Shown here: positions 49,609 through 62,500 of the stretch, in pieces
How the letters are laid out: each line of letters starts with the position of its first letter
Numbering within the stretch: the stretch's first letter is position 1
Assembly (NCBI GenBank): GCA_022813965.1
Contig: JALDZS010000110.1
Span: 1 to 64,000, forward strand
DNA length: 64,000 nucleotides
Direction: 5' to 3'
DNA from: Toensbergia leucococca
Taxonomy: Eukaryota
Program-made: the position numbers and the translations under genes
Notes under the pieces: model-generated
The model's database searches: none
What the model was told of the DNA's origin: nothing
The model's input: only the letters and a program-made list of their open reading frames with translations

Positions 49609-50933
49609 GTTGCTGATGATATGCGTGTATGACGCGCCAACTGACGAGGAGGAATCAAACAAGATGGTATGTGAGATCCTGACGATTCCCACCACATCAA
49701 TGACTTTCTGTGTCGCATCTTCGGATCTTTGACTCCAAATCTAGAGTCTATGTCATGACCCTCAAGAAAGCTCACAGCTCGTGTTCTCTTCAGGATCCGC
49801 GTTGTAAAGCTATGGCCTAATTTTGAAAAGTCTAGCAACCAAGACGCGATGACCTGTCAATGTGAGGATCATCACCTGGATACTCGATGATGAAAGAAGT
49901 AGATTTCGCAAGAATTCACGATCGCAGGTGCTGAGGTGCGTGTCCGTCGCATAAGGGAATTTCACCCCTGCTTGTTTCAGGAAACCTGACCACACACTCC
50001 AGCCTAGGCGCAAGAATGGTCACCTTTTTCAAGGAATTATAAGTGTACCCAGTCCGCAAAAGGCTTCTTGAAAATGATAGAAGGCGCTTTGAGATTGATT
50101 CTATTCGCCGCAAGAAAAAGTGAGTCGAGTTGAGAGAAATGGCAGAGTATGCTCCTAGGAAAACCGGTGCTGGGGTTTTGATACCCCCTGAATCCGGTCT
50201 TTGATAATGATAATTGTTATCACCGTACTACGGAATTGCCTGCACTGAACACTCAAATCAAACATCCAGATTGTTATACAATCCATGCTGTCCGTTTTTG
50301 AAAATGATTGCCTTTGATTGAATTGAGTGTGTTGGGTTTGATAGAGTTGTTGGTGTGATAAGGGATGGGGGTTGGTGTGTGCGGGATGGGAGGAGATGAG
50401 GATTTGATTTGGGGACGGTTAAGAAAGTAGCTTTATCAGTCTGAAAATAATCAAAATCATGCTCTTCAGCAACACTCCGTTTCATGAAGGAAGGCTAACA
50501 TGCAATATTCTGAAAGTTCACTTCAAATTATCTGCACGCAATGGAGTTGATGGAACGTGACGATCTCATAGAGTGGTATCTTAAATATTTCTCTAGCGGA
50601 TCAGGCACTGAGGATCGATTCTGATGGTTGTGATGCTTATAGAAGATAGTGGCAGTATTGTTAGAGGAAGGAGAAGATGGGGAGTGGAGATTGGATGATA
50701 GTCTGAATAGGCTGGAGCGGATGTGCTGGACGGCAATGGTGGGAAAGGTGTCAGTGATGACAATAGGACGCCAGAAGGGATGGTGAAATGCTTCGGCTGG
50801 TATGAGAGAGTTAGGTTGACTGATGAATTTTGGGGGGTGAGAGATGTGGTTTTTTAAAAGGGCTGGATGCAGAAATGATAGAAAGAATAAGAGCAACGAG
50901 AAATCAAAGATGAAAAACAAAGTGCAACCCTAA

Positions 50934-53084
50934 TCAAACCCCCACGCCCTTCTCCCCATCCTCTGAATCCCCCCTACCATCCCCCCAGCTCTCTCCCGTC
51001 AACTTCATCTCAAACGGCGAACTTCCCCTCTGTCTTTCCACAGGCACCAAAGCCGACAGGGCCCAATAAACGGTCAAGGCAACCACAAAGCCGTAAAAGT
51101 AGGAGATTTCGTAAAGGTGGTCCCAGCCGTTGCCGGTGGATTTGACTTGGACTTGGCGGACGAAACCGGCTGGTAGGAATGAGAAAGTTTGATTTTGAAT
51201 TTCAAGGGAAATGGGAACGTATACGTACGTAGTAGAGGCCCGAGAGCTATGGACCAGGCGGTAATGGCGCGCCAGTTGAAACCAAAAGTGTACCAGTAGA
51301 CTGAAGCTTTTGTGCCCATGTAAAGGTCGCCTATGTGGAGCTCTTGCTTGTGGACGAGGAAGTAGTCACTTATGAGGATGCCGGTCATGGGGCTCTTGGG
51401 GTGTGTTAGGCAACCAGCTTGGGGTGAATCTTTGGGGAAAGAAATTACCAAGAAGACGGACCAGCCTGAGAGGACGGTGATGAATGTGGTCGCTTTACTA
51501 TAGGAGCAATCAGATTTATTTTTCCAACTCACGTGAGCACTAGCTTGACTGACGTTACATAGTTCCATGGACAAATGGCAATCGCAATAAGAGTGACCAA
51601 GAAAGTGCCCCGTCGAATGTTGATGTATTTAGGACACAAAGCCGCAATATCCATACCGGCAGAGACGCCGTTGAGAACAGTGCAAAGAGCTAATTGGCTA
51701 GCAAGGAATCCCAGGCCGGCGAAAAACGTTCCAGCTCTTGCACCTGGGGACATTGAGTTTTTCTGGATGGTGAGGAGAAGCTCAAATGGGTTCCATAAAA
51801 CTTCGCCGTATAGGGTCGCCGTCGCGGAAGTGATGATTAGACCGCAGAGCGCGGTTACAGAGATTGCTAGAGGCGCCGTGACAGCTTGGCCGAAGAGCGC
51901 GGCATTGGGTGTCTTGGAGTATCGGGTCCAGTCTTATCAAAAAATGGCAACGGGTTAATCGAGGAGATCATTGAAAGGGTCCGTTGGACCGAAGGTGACT
52001 CTACCTGACTGTCCTAGGCATCCGCTACCAAACGCTCCAACAATGGATTGGAGGCCATACACAGTGTTCCATCTCAACAAACTACCGTGTTGCGCTGGGC
52101 CAGTATGAAACAAAGGCCCAACACCGTGCGCGGCTCGGACGGACCAGATAAGTATGCCAAACACGGTACAGACTATGAAGATGAAGGTAATCTAGGTTAT
52201 TTCATTAGCAGAATGACGAGTAAGTAAAAGGAAAATTGTCTACTCGGAAAGGCAATTGCAACTTCTCTGGCCGTATCAAAAGTGTCGGAGCTTTAGTCAA
52301 GTCAGCGAACGGCCTAAAAATCCTCATCGTATCGAGATTCACCAAAGATGGCCAGGAAAATGAAGAAGCTGACCAGAGAGCAAGTGTCGATATTCGCAGA
52401 TGCTGGAAGGGTGTTCGTCATGAAGGCGTATTTGGGACCGATGATGGCTCCTAGAACGATCTTCACAGCTTGGCCTCCCCAGTAGGCTTGAATTCCCATC
52501 TGAGGGATCATATATCAGATTAGCCCATATGGTGTCAAGTCAAAAAGGGAAAACCGACCCAAATGCAAGCCGTCATGATACGATTCAATACGGGCCAGAA
52601 GCCACCTCTCATTCCCCAAGCCCTGCTCATGTTAGTAAACCGTACCGATACCAAGCAGCCCAAATGGAGACATTTTCACCCTCTCGATAAAACAGTGAAG
52701 CCCAAATGCTGGTGACTACCCATCCACCCTGCACCGATAGCCAGGAGACCACAGATCAAAGAACTCCCCACAATCACCCCTATGGCCTGGGGTACCGACA
52801 AGCCTAATGCTAAGAGACTCGAGCCAGCAGTCCATGCAGTAGTATTGGCCCCTAGGCCGGCAATGTGAGAAAGACGACTATTTTGGAGTCGAAGGAAATG
52901 ATATACCAGTAATGATCCAATAGCCGGTATAGCCCTGCCAGGTCCATGTTCTCCTATTGTGAGGTATCGGGATGAGATCTCGATTACACCAGAAAGTGTT
53001 TTCGTAGTTTGCATAGGCATCCACTGGACATTCCAACTTCTTTGCCCAGTCATGGGCCTTTTGCTTGGTGTGTGGGGAAAGCAT
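50934..53084 (-). CDS. NCS1-family nucleobase/allantoin permease, multi-exon
   Basis: WCNRDLIPIP..RRTW, GS.LL.LGL...QA, HLGFTV.SR..WG.RG, SDWTRY, LWNP, PKYINIRRG, ICPWN and GFNWRA...W. Confidence 0.9.
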
Positions 53085-53998
53085 AGGTAGGATAGAAAAG
53101 CTTCAGGGGGATAAGCAACAGAATGCAATAGCATGATAAAATGTGAGCCTCTGAAAGGATATATAGTTGTGTTAGATCAAAAGAGCATTAGGCTTCGGCT
53201 TACATGAGCGATTCGCAATAGGTCAGCAATGACGATGGGAAAAGACGGCGTGTGTTCCATGAAGTGGAGTAGATGAACTCGGTCAGCTCTGCGTGCATAA
53301 TAAGTGAAAAGCTGCGGTCTTTCAATCTCTTTCATTGGCTCACGCTTTTGCTGACAACATACAGTCAGACTTTCCCCTGCAACTTACTTACTCCACACTC
53401 CGACTTCGGACGCGATATAAACCCACTCTTGTCTCCCGATCATTTCGCTATCGAGCTCATACATGAATCCACGAGTCGCAAGTAATTGTGTCAGTTACTT
53501 TGCTGCTTTAACAGTAAGTTCATAGCTCCGTCCCGTTGAATAATCCCTTACTTTCCTCTTTTCTGTTTTCCTCGTGTTCTTCTTCTTCGAGATGGTCAAC
53601 TACCAGCAGGCAACAAGATTCATATCAGAACACGTGGAGATACGTCATGGTTCTATCTCTATTGATCTGCGACGTATCCAAATCTAAGAATCCTCTCGTA
53701 TCTTTTCTCGTAATATTCCATGTAAAAGATGCACGGAGATCGCTGGTCAATGAAGCGTGAAGCGAGAAGGGAGAGAGATGGTCTCACTAAGATCGATTCA
53801 GCTAGGATAGAATATTCTAGAATAAGGTAGAATAGGGTGCTGAGTACCTTAATCCCTCCACCCCTTAGGCGTATTCATAATGCTGTCGCTTCCTTGGCGC
53901 CATTTTATTTCCCCCTCCCCCCCGCTGAGTGGCACCTAAAAAGTCAACATTCAACTACCTAACTCCACCCCATTATTCTACCATCATCAGTAAGGTAG

Positions 53999-54227
53999 TA
54001 TCCCTTCAAGTGTTACACGGGCAGCCATTCAGGGGGGGTACACTTACCCGTGCAGAGTGACCAATCAATTAATCAGAATAATACCTTAAATATGAATTGT
54101 ACAGATGCATCTAAGGCAATTTGTGCTTGATGTCCTACTAAAACGCGGGGTTATCCTAATTTCCGCCAATCAGCGACATCACATCTTACCCCCCTGAATG
54201 GCTGCCTGTATAACACTTGAAGGGATA
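53999..54227. mobile_element. MITE (~230 bp), Tc1/mariner-like, with ~40-bp terminal inverted repeats and TA ends
   Basis: Left TA-TCCCTTCAAGTGTTACACGGGCAGCCATTCAGGGGGGGTA matches the reverse complement of 54187-54227 with 2 transitions and 1 indel. Confidence 0.8.
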
Positions 54228-54822
54228 ATGACCTGAATAGGCAGTGGTGAGGTCATACTGACTTTGCAAAGATCGCATACACCCTCATTGCATTCACCTC
54301 CATCGATTCATCCACATCATGAGTTTACCTATCACTATATTTGAGGGTGACTACAAGGCGTTGCAAGGAGAACTTGAGATGTGATCATTAGATGAGGGTT
54401 TAGATGAGGGTGATCCGAAATAAGATGAGTTTTTTGCATGAAGGTCATTAGGGATGACGAGCGAATTTTGGCCCCTGTTCTTCAGCGCTCTCCAGCGTTC
54501 TCCAGCATAGATCAATCAATTAGTAGTGATGACGGGTGCAATTTGACCACCATCTCATGCTTTTACTACTATAAATCAAGGAGATAAAGCCCCTGTTCCT
54601 CAGCCTATACCCCAAGCCTACTCCTTACTAATGATGATAGGATAACGAGGAGGATTTAGGTAGCTCAATGTCGACTTTTTAGGTGCAACTCAGCTGGGGG
54701 GGGGGAAAAAAAAATAAAATGGCGCCAAGGAACCGACAGCATTATGAATACGCCTACTCTCCCTCCACCCCTCTCCCGCCCCCCCTCAGCATTGTCTCCT
54801 CACTCCACCATGTGCTAACGAC

Positions 54823-54930
54823 GCCAGTGCCAGTGCCAGTGCCAGTGCCAGTGCCAGTGCCAGTGCCAGTGCCAGTGCCAGTGCCAGTGCCAGTGCCAGT
54901 GCCAGTGCCAGTGCCAGTGCCAATGCCAAT
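54823..54930 (+). repeat. (GCCAGT)16(GCCAAT)2 microsatellite
   Basis: Tandem hexamer read directly from the sequence. Confidence 0.95.
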
Positions 54931-56059
54931 CAATGCATCAGAGAACACGCACCGCCCCTATTGCAGCTAGTCTACTCTACCTCTGTCTCTATTACTGGAA
55001 ATGACATTGCTGCTGAACTGAGGCTCGTTCAGGTCGCTCTTGGTCTGAGTGAACTTTGCCAATTGTTGAGGGTTAGGATTGATAAATGTTCGTATGGTAG
55101 GTAGATGATCGTTTGAATGATTTTGTATGCATGTAGCTAATAGATCTAAAGACTCTTGATTCGATAATTACTTTTGGTGCAATCCTACCCCATGCTTACA
55201 GCTCACTCCCAAGGAAAACACAAACCAAATGAACACGTATGTGAGAGCTATACGCAAAGGTATAGATGACGCATACCCACTAACTGAATCCTCATACAAT
55301 TTCATATGCAAATTGCTTCCTATTCGCCATCACTCGATAACATCAACACCAACGTACCGGTCCACCTTTCATGATTTAAGCGGCATCGTATTCTGGTACG
55401 ATTTTGAGGATAGCAAATATATATACTTATATCTATCTATACTTCTATACTTCGAGCTGCTTCTATCATATAAGCTCCCGCTCCAAGCGTTCTTATCAGG
55501 CCTCCACTGCTGTGGCTGTCATGCTGCATCCGACCTCAGACCAGCCAGCCACTGTATTGACTGGGCCGAACACTCGTGAGGGCGGTACCATGTCTCAATC
55601 TGTCTCGCCCTTTCCGTTTTTACAAGTAGCTGCTGTCATTGAGGTCATCGGTGTACCTTCTCCAAGCGCTACTACATCACCAGTCTTCGCAAGGCTGATT
55701 CCTTTTGATTACTAGTATAAGACTTTTGATTGCTCAAGGACTACAGACTCTGAGAATGTAGGCAGCATATATGGGTAAATCCCAGCCCGCCTCGGAGCCC
55801 CAATTGGGGTATTCCTTTTCTACCACCTCAGAGCTTTCTATTTAGGTCAAGCTGGATCACCGGAGTGCTCCGGATTACCGAATACCGAAATGATCGTTAG
55901 TATATCGGGGTGTTTAGAGCTCCTATTACCAATGAGGGTGTTTACTGCGCAGCTAACATTTCCTACTGAGAGGTAAAGACAACACGGAGTCCATGTGGCC
56001 GAGCGGCTAAGGTATACAACGAAACGACAAAGAAATGGCATTACGCAACCGCCAGAGGG

Positions 56060-56581
56060 GTGCAACTGTTCGGGGACGAAGGAAAGCAGGGAGGATTGGA
56101 AGCGGAACTTACCATAGAAATAGGATTAGGGGTAAGCGACGAAGCGATTATTCAGAAGGACATCGAGGTCCCGCGAGACGTGCTACTAGGTAGAGCACCA
56201 GCTTGCTCGAAACAAACCAAGACAAAATCTGCAAAGGTTCTAAATCAGACCGCGCAAGAAGCTTTCAACAAGCTTGCAGTACTGAAGGTCAACGAGAAAT
56301 TGAGTTTTCCCCACGGCGATTTATAAATGCTGATAGCAATCCCACCCTCTCTCGCAGTGATGGCAGCGGAGTTTCCAAGCAATTTGGCGGAGTATGCGTT
56401 CCGCGGAGGAGCTGAAAAAAACCTCGCTGACCTTGTGTTGAAGATGTTGGAATGGAGCCCTAAGAAACGGATTTCTGCGAGTAAAGACCTAGACCATCCT
56501 TGTATGCAACGGGCTCTCAACACAACACGCTTGAAAGAGGCTGTAGCCTCAGGATTGCCTCACAAAAGATCTCTTACCTGA
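56060..56581 (+). pseudogene. Protein kinase C-lobe remnant
   Basis: LADLVLKMLEWSPKKRISASKDLDHP resembles kinase subdomain XI. Two same-frame ORFs are separated by TAA at 56324; no intact N-lobe is visible. Confidence 0.5.
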
Positions 56582-58347
56582 TTTCAGAACAGACCCTCCG
56601 TTCTTGATCACGGAAAGCCTACCTTATATAAATATATATATATGTATATGAAGTACCAGTCATAAGTTTCGGCCTCGGACGCCTTCAAGAAGAAGAAAGG
56701 ACGAAGAAATGAGAGATTATGTGAAGCGATTCCCTCCAAGCCACCCGAGGGTAAGTGTGCCGTCCGGGATGTACACTTGCGAAATGAAGATACGGATTTA
56801 TCGGCTCTCGACCCGGTTCCACCATTTTCTTGAAGCCCAAAATCTCCTACATGGCCAACGTATGTGCCGGATTTGAGGATTCGTTAGTATCCCCATCCTA
56901 GAAGAAGATAGAGAGTCTAGTCTTGGACGTATCAAAGCCGGAACAATATCTAGGATCTGTGACTTGGGAGACTGATATATGAAGTATCGATGCGATACGT
57001 TGTGCGATAACACTCTTAGAGATGCCTGCTAATCTAAACGACGCCGTTACTTGAAACTCGCTAAACGTCAGTAAAGCTTCATGGAAAGCAAACTATAAGA
57101 AGTATATCCCTGGGGGAAGAATGAAACGACCAGTAGTCGTTGGTTCATTGACCGGATCCAAAACTCCGTGGATTGGTCTCGAGGTCAGTAAGCCGTCGCA
57201 AGAGACATTCTCAACGCCACTCATGCTGAACGCTCAAGGATTGAAATCACATATCAATACTTCTTTTGCTCTGAAGGGCCCATCGTTTTCTTTCTTCTTG
57301 CTGCTGCGTTTGAGCATACGAAACGAGGCCGGCCAACGCCAACAATATCTTCCAACACATCAAGCGAATCTTCATGCCAACACAAACCGAGTCTTTCTCA
57401 TAATTTACACCATGCTACACCGCATCCTACCAAGACTATTAACATAAACTCAACTCTTTATTCAATCATGGAAGGGCGATGTCAGGACACGTCCGACCTA
57501 ATGGTCCAGCACATGCACCGGCATCCAGACGTGCATCTATCAGCAGATGCGATCTTCATCGTTTCGGAGATTAGCAGATCCTCCCGCATCAAACTTACGA
57601 TCGTCACTCAAACAGTCCAGAAGAAGCAACTCATCTCCATTGCTCATGCGGGTAATACATACATATCATGCAACTGATACAGACGGGCCGTGCAGGAGCT
57701 ATCGTGTAAATCCATAAGCAGATCCTCTGCTCTCCTTTCTCATTTAATCAGTCATAAGTAGGGTGGTGTCCCCAATGAAAACAACTTCCCAACTCTGTTT
57801 CACAATCGCTAAGAAAGAACAATTGATTTTCCTACTGAATTTCCTGCATTGTTGGTTTCACAAACCCCCCCCCCATCACTCAGCAACCCTCCTATTTCCC
57901 TCTAACTTCACACCTCATGAGCTCATCGGTCACACAAAAACACCTCTCTACACCAAAGTGAAAATCCCCTCCCCCATCCCAACACCCAGCAAGAAAACAA
58001 AGAGAAAAAAAACAAAAAAGTTCAATCTCTACTACTAACAAACCCAGACCCACACACCCACACAAAAGATTGAAACGAGCTCAACACCACCATACAATGA
58101 AGCCCCAAGCCACCCAATCCCCCCCCTCACCTTCAATCTAGAACAAAAAAAATAGACATAAAACCCCCCAACCTCCCTTCAAAAAGCGCCCTCATCACAT
58201 CCCCAACCCCAAGATCCTAATCCCCCTTTCATAAACTTTCAACAAAACACCAGCCATATCTACTACCTGATCCCTTCTCTCAGGCTCAGAAACCCGCACA
58301 AGAATATTTTTCAACACTTTTCACAAACCGGTCCTTTTACAGACACA

Positions 58348-58503
58348 ATGCGCACCTTCCTCACCGTCACCCTTCTCACACTCACAACTCTCTTGCTTCT
58401 GGTTTTTATCGCACCCGCTTCCGGCAATCCGATCCATAGCCTTCATGTGCAGAGGAGTTATAATGAGACTTCTAGCTCTGGCAATTCGACGGTGAGAGCT
58501 TGA
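58348..58503 (+). CDS. Putative 51-aa secreted peptide (below the ORF-track cutoff)
   Basis: MRTFLTVTLLTLTTLLLLVFIAPASG|NPIHSLHVQRSYNETSSSGNSTVRA*; ACACAATG start context. Confidence 0.5.
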   Translation: MRTFLTVTLLTLTTLLLLVFIAPASGNPIHSLHVQRSYNETSSSGNSTVRA

Positions 58504-59415
58504 GGGGGCGGTGTGAGGGATTGAGGGGTGGGGGTGGTGGTTTGGGGGGGGGTTGGAGTGCGGATGGCTGTGAGGGGAGGGGGGAGAGGGTTGGTGCGGT
58601 GAGTGGGGTGGTATGTGAGGTGGGGGAATAAGTGAGTAAAGAGGGGGGTGGGTGGAGGATATATACGTTGATGAGGAGGGAGGGGGTGAGTGAGGGTAAA
58701 AGGCGCACATTGCGATGGGAGATTTTTCAAAAGTTTGAGTAAGGGAATTTGTGACATTCAATCTTGAGAATAATGTGGTGAACCATATGGCATCAACTCT
58801 CGACTGATTGAAGCCACAATTCCCAATTCCCGACGGTCTACTCCCTACTGAAATTCTCTTATCAGTCAATGGGATTGTTGTTACTTATTTACTACAGACG
58901 GGTCTGAGGATTTGATGAATATACCCCTCTATGGCAAGAGAGGGGATGATTCCGAATGGTTGTAAGAGAAACTTGGGTGCTGGTTCTGTGATGTTTTGGA
59001 ATTTTTTGAAATGAGGTTAAGGTGGGTTGAGGAGAAGGCTTTGTGGGTGTTTGAGGTTTTTGTTTTTTAGAAAGAGAGTTGCTGCGGCTTGGGGATATTG
59101 GGTGGTGGATAGACCTTGTTTTGAGGCGAGATTGTGGGAGAATCGTGAACTTTGTGGGGGAGCACTGAGCTGGCAGGCTTTTGGGATTGATGATAGCTGA
59201 AGGATTCAATTTACGGCGGTGACATGCAGGAAAGCATCTTTTTTTCCAAGGAGGAACTGGTCTGAGAATGGGTTTTGATTGCGGTGCTATAACGAAGTCA
59301 CCACCTATATGTGACGGAGAATGATGTGAAGAAAATGGAGGGAGAAAGGAGATATCGGATTCACAGCGAGGCATTTAAAAAAGAAAGATATGCATAGCAT
59401 TGCAAAACACCCCCA

Positions 59416-61286
59416 TCAAAACTTCCTAGGTAACATCAAGACATCCTGATGCAGCTCGTTCAGGTTGATCATTGGTGACGACGAAGTAGGCGTCGCAGTA
59501 GCAGTAGCGAGATTGTTGCTCGCGGAGGAGGAGACGCTGCTGCTGGGGCCATGAACACAGTAGGCTTCCCCGGGAATAAGGTTACTGCAGTCGGATTTCA
59601 GACTGGGGTTCCAGGCTTGGAATTGGGCAAAGGTGATGGCGAAGCTGGATTCAATCAGGGAGCAATAGTCGCCTTTGGCGATGGTGTACCATTCGTAGCA
59701 TTGACCTGTTGTGCCTAGGATTGTTGAAAGAGAAGGGGGTCAGTTTCATGTCATGCTTTTTTGTCTGGGTAGAGGGGATGCAAAAGTGGGCTATACCTGT
59801 TGGGGTAGAAGTTGGAGGGGCAAGCACTGGCGACGACGTCGGCGAGCCGGTGGTGGCATTCCAGCTTGACAGCGGGCTGACGCAGTACCAGAGATTTGGG
59901 ACTAGGTTTGTGCAGGCGGGATTGATGGATGGATTGATGGCTTCGAAGAGGGGGATGGCGATTGTGTTATTTAGGGCTACTTTTTCGCAAATGTCACCGG
60001 GCTGGACTTGGTAGTAGCGGCCGCAGTATTGTGTTGTGCCTGTGGTAGGTATTGGAGATTAGAAAGGTATGTGTCGGCTTTCAATTGAGAGGGAGCTTTC
60101 TATTAGGGGTAGATGGGTGACGTGGGAGAGAATGAGGGTGCGTGGAGGGATGGCGTCTTACCGTGAGCTGTAATCCCGGGAGGTGACACGGTGGTAGTGG
60201 CATAGACTCCTGTGTGGGTTGGAGACGCTCCCGCTATCGTCGTTCCATTCCACGTCGGGTAAGGCGAGCTAATACATATTGTCACATCGGCCAAGAGATT
60301 TGTACACTCGCTGTTTATGGTGGGGTTGTATGTAAGAAGAGCCTGGAAAGTGATCCCAGTGGCCAATACAATACTCGAGCATGTATCTCCACTGACAGTT
60401 TTGTAAGTAGTGCAATTCTGCGGCATACAGATACTCGCTCCCGCTTCTAGATTGGAGCAGTCGGGTAAAATGCCGTTGATGACAATCAAGGTGCCTTGAG
60501 CAACATGGTGTGCTTCAGCTATGCTTTCACAATCATCTCCGCTGGTGACTGTGTAATATTGATTTGTTAGACAGGTGGCATTGGCGGCGGAGGTGGAATA
60601 CCCTGGGACTGTAACGTTGGCTGCCGGGGGTTGTACTATTGTGGGGTAGGAGACACCACAGAGCTGCTGAACACTTGTCCAATCTTTAGCTAGTTCGTCG
60701 TTGTAGCTTGAATATGGCGTTGATTGAAGATGCTGGAATAGAGCTAGTATGCAGGGTGAGCATTGCTGGCTCTTGGAAAGAGCGACAACGGATGAATCGT
60801 CAGTGATGTTCATATTGGAGATGTAATCTGCAGAATCAGTGCCGTCCTTCTACTCTTCTCTGCTTGAAAAACATGGGGTTCATCACCATTGCACCACTCG
60901 CCTGTCCCTGTATCTTTCAAACATGTAAGATTGTACGTAGACCAGAGCAAGTCGCCATATGTCTGAGCAGGTATTCCCAACCACGGCTGGGCGTCATTTG
61001 CGCAAGATGAAATAACAGAGGTATGATAAGAGACTAGCGAGGTTCCGCAGCTCGTAATACATAGGGAGGACTGCAGGCTGTCATCACCCAAACTTCCATA
61101 GTAGTCGGACTGCGAAAGCTGGAGAAGATACGGATCACAGGCCACGGACGATGTCAGGGCGTTTGTACACTGGGTGGAAAGGTTTACAGAGGAGGAAATG
61201 GTATCATTGGGGAAGAGTGAGAAGTCGGCGAGAGTGCAAGTGATGAGTGTCCCCAAAGCCAAGGTACGGAGGACTTGTTCGAGCAT
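59416..61286 (-). CDS. Secreted multi-LysM protein (about 4 fungal LysM domains), 4 exons
   Basis: Signal peptide and Cys-rich N-domain, then YTVTSGDDCESIA, YKTVSGDTCSSI, YYQVQPGDICEKVA and WYTIAKGDYCSLI repeats with NP.....C.NL. Confidence 0.9.
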
Positions 61287-62500
61287 CCTGGGATGATTTA
61301 TTGGAGACACAGAGAGTAAAGAAAGACAAGAACAACTATATAGGAAAATGTAGGAATGAAGCATCAATGATTGATGAGATACGACCATGCGATGTGATGT
61401 CTTTTTATGCCCTCCCCTCGAAGTGATTGGTCGGAAAGCACAAATGGACAGAGGAGAAAAGGAAAAAGGTCAGCAACGTAAGCACAAGATTCAAGCTCAA
61501 GTCGTCTACATGGGACCTTAGTGATAGACTACCTAGGTATGTGGCTTGATATTAGTCTTTCCACTTGTCTTTAGGTCTTACATGAGCCAAGAGTTCAAGG
61601 GTCAAGGCTCAAGCTCTGGCCATGATAAAATCATGGGAAATATAGTTGAGCGTCATGAATCTTCGGTGATGCCGAAAGACGGCTGCAGTTGGTGGCTGCT
61701 TGGCCGCTTGGCTGCAGGTCGTTGGTGCTAATGGAAGTGATGTTGGTGTTTTAGTTGTCGTCGTCCGCTTAGGGTTGTAAAGCTGGTTCAGGCCTGAGAT
61801 TTAATGGCCTAGAGTAGCGAGCCTACCTACCTTTTAATTACCTTACCTCGCTTAGGTATTCTAGAACAAGTAGCCTTCAGACCTATTTCTTTCGGTTAAA
61901 ATTGCAGTCTCAATCCCTCGAATCAATTTCAGTCATCCAATCTCAACCTTAGATTAGATACACATATCAAACCTAATCTCTTTCTTCTTTCTTGGATCCT
62001 CTCGATCCTTCGTACTACTCTGACTGGGTATATGAGAACCCGCGAGAACACATATCTCTCTGGATCATGCTTTTCTGTTTTCTACTCTGCAGCTGCATAT
62101 CAACCATTGAGACTTCAAAAGGGCTCACATGCCGAGGTAGAACGCCTCCTGCACGACTAACAGTCAGCCTGCAGCTCACCGGCGCCATGCTGATGTCAGT
62201 AAGCCGCCTTGGATGCTCCTCTCTCCACCCGTGTACATGATATCTTCACACTCGGCTTGCCGCTTACTCAGTCTTATACATAGTCGAGAACCGCCATCTT
62301 GTCCTGGCATACGCCGATACATTATGCCTCTTCTTACCATGCCATCCCATGTGATTTCAGCCCCGACACTTTCCAAATCTCTTTGCTCTCTTTCATGTCT
62401 GCACTGACTCTTATATCTCTTGTTTCTGGCTTTACTGTTGGCTCGTTGTCCCGAGAGAAAGCGCGTATCGTGGTGATCAAATACACTCAAGTCAAGCGCA

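Noticed and set aside
50934..53600. Possible TPP riboswitch in the NCS1 transporter gene
   Set aside because: No CUGAGA / CUUGAU..GAUAAU TPP aptamer core was found by eye in the introns or leader.
54683..54970. Poly-PV / poly-GT ORFs
   Set aside because: Artefacts of the GCCAGT microsatellite.
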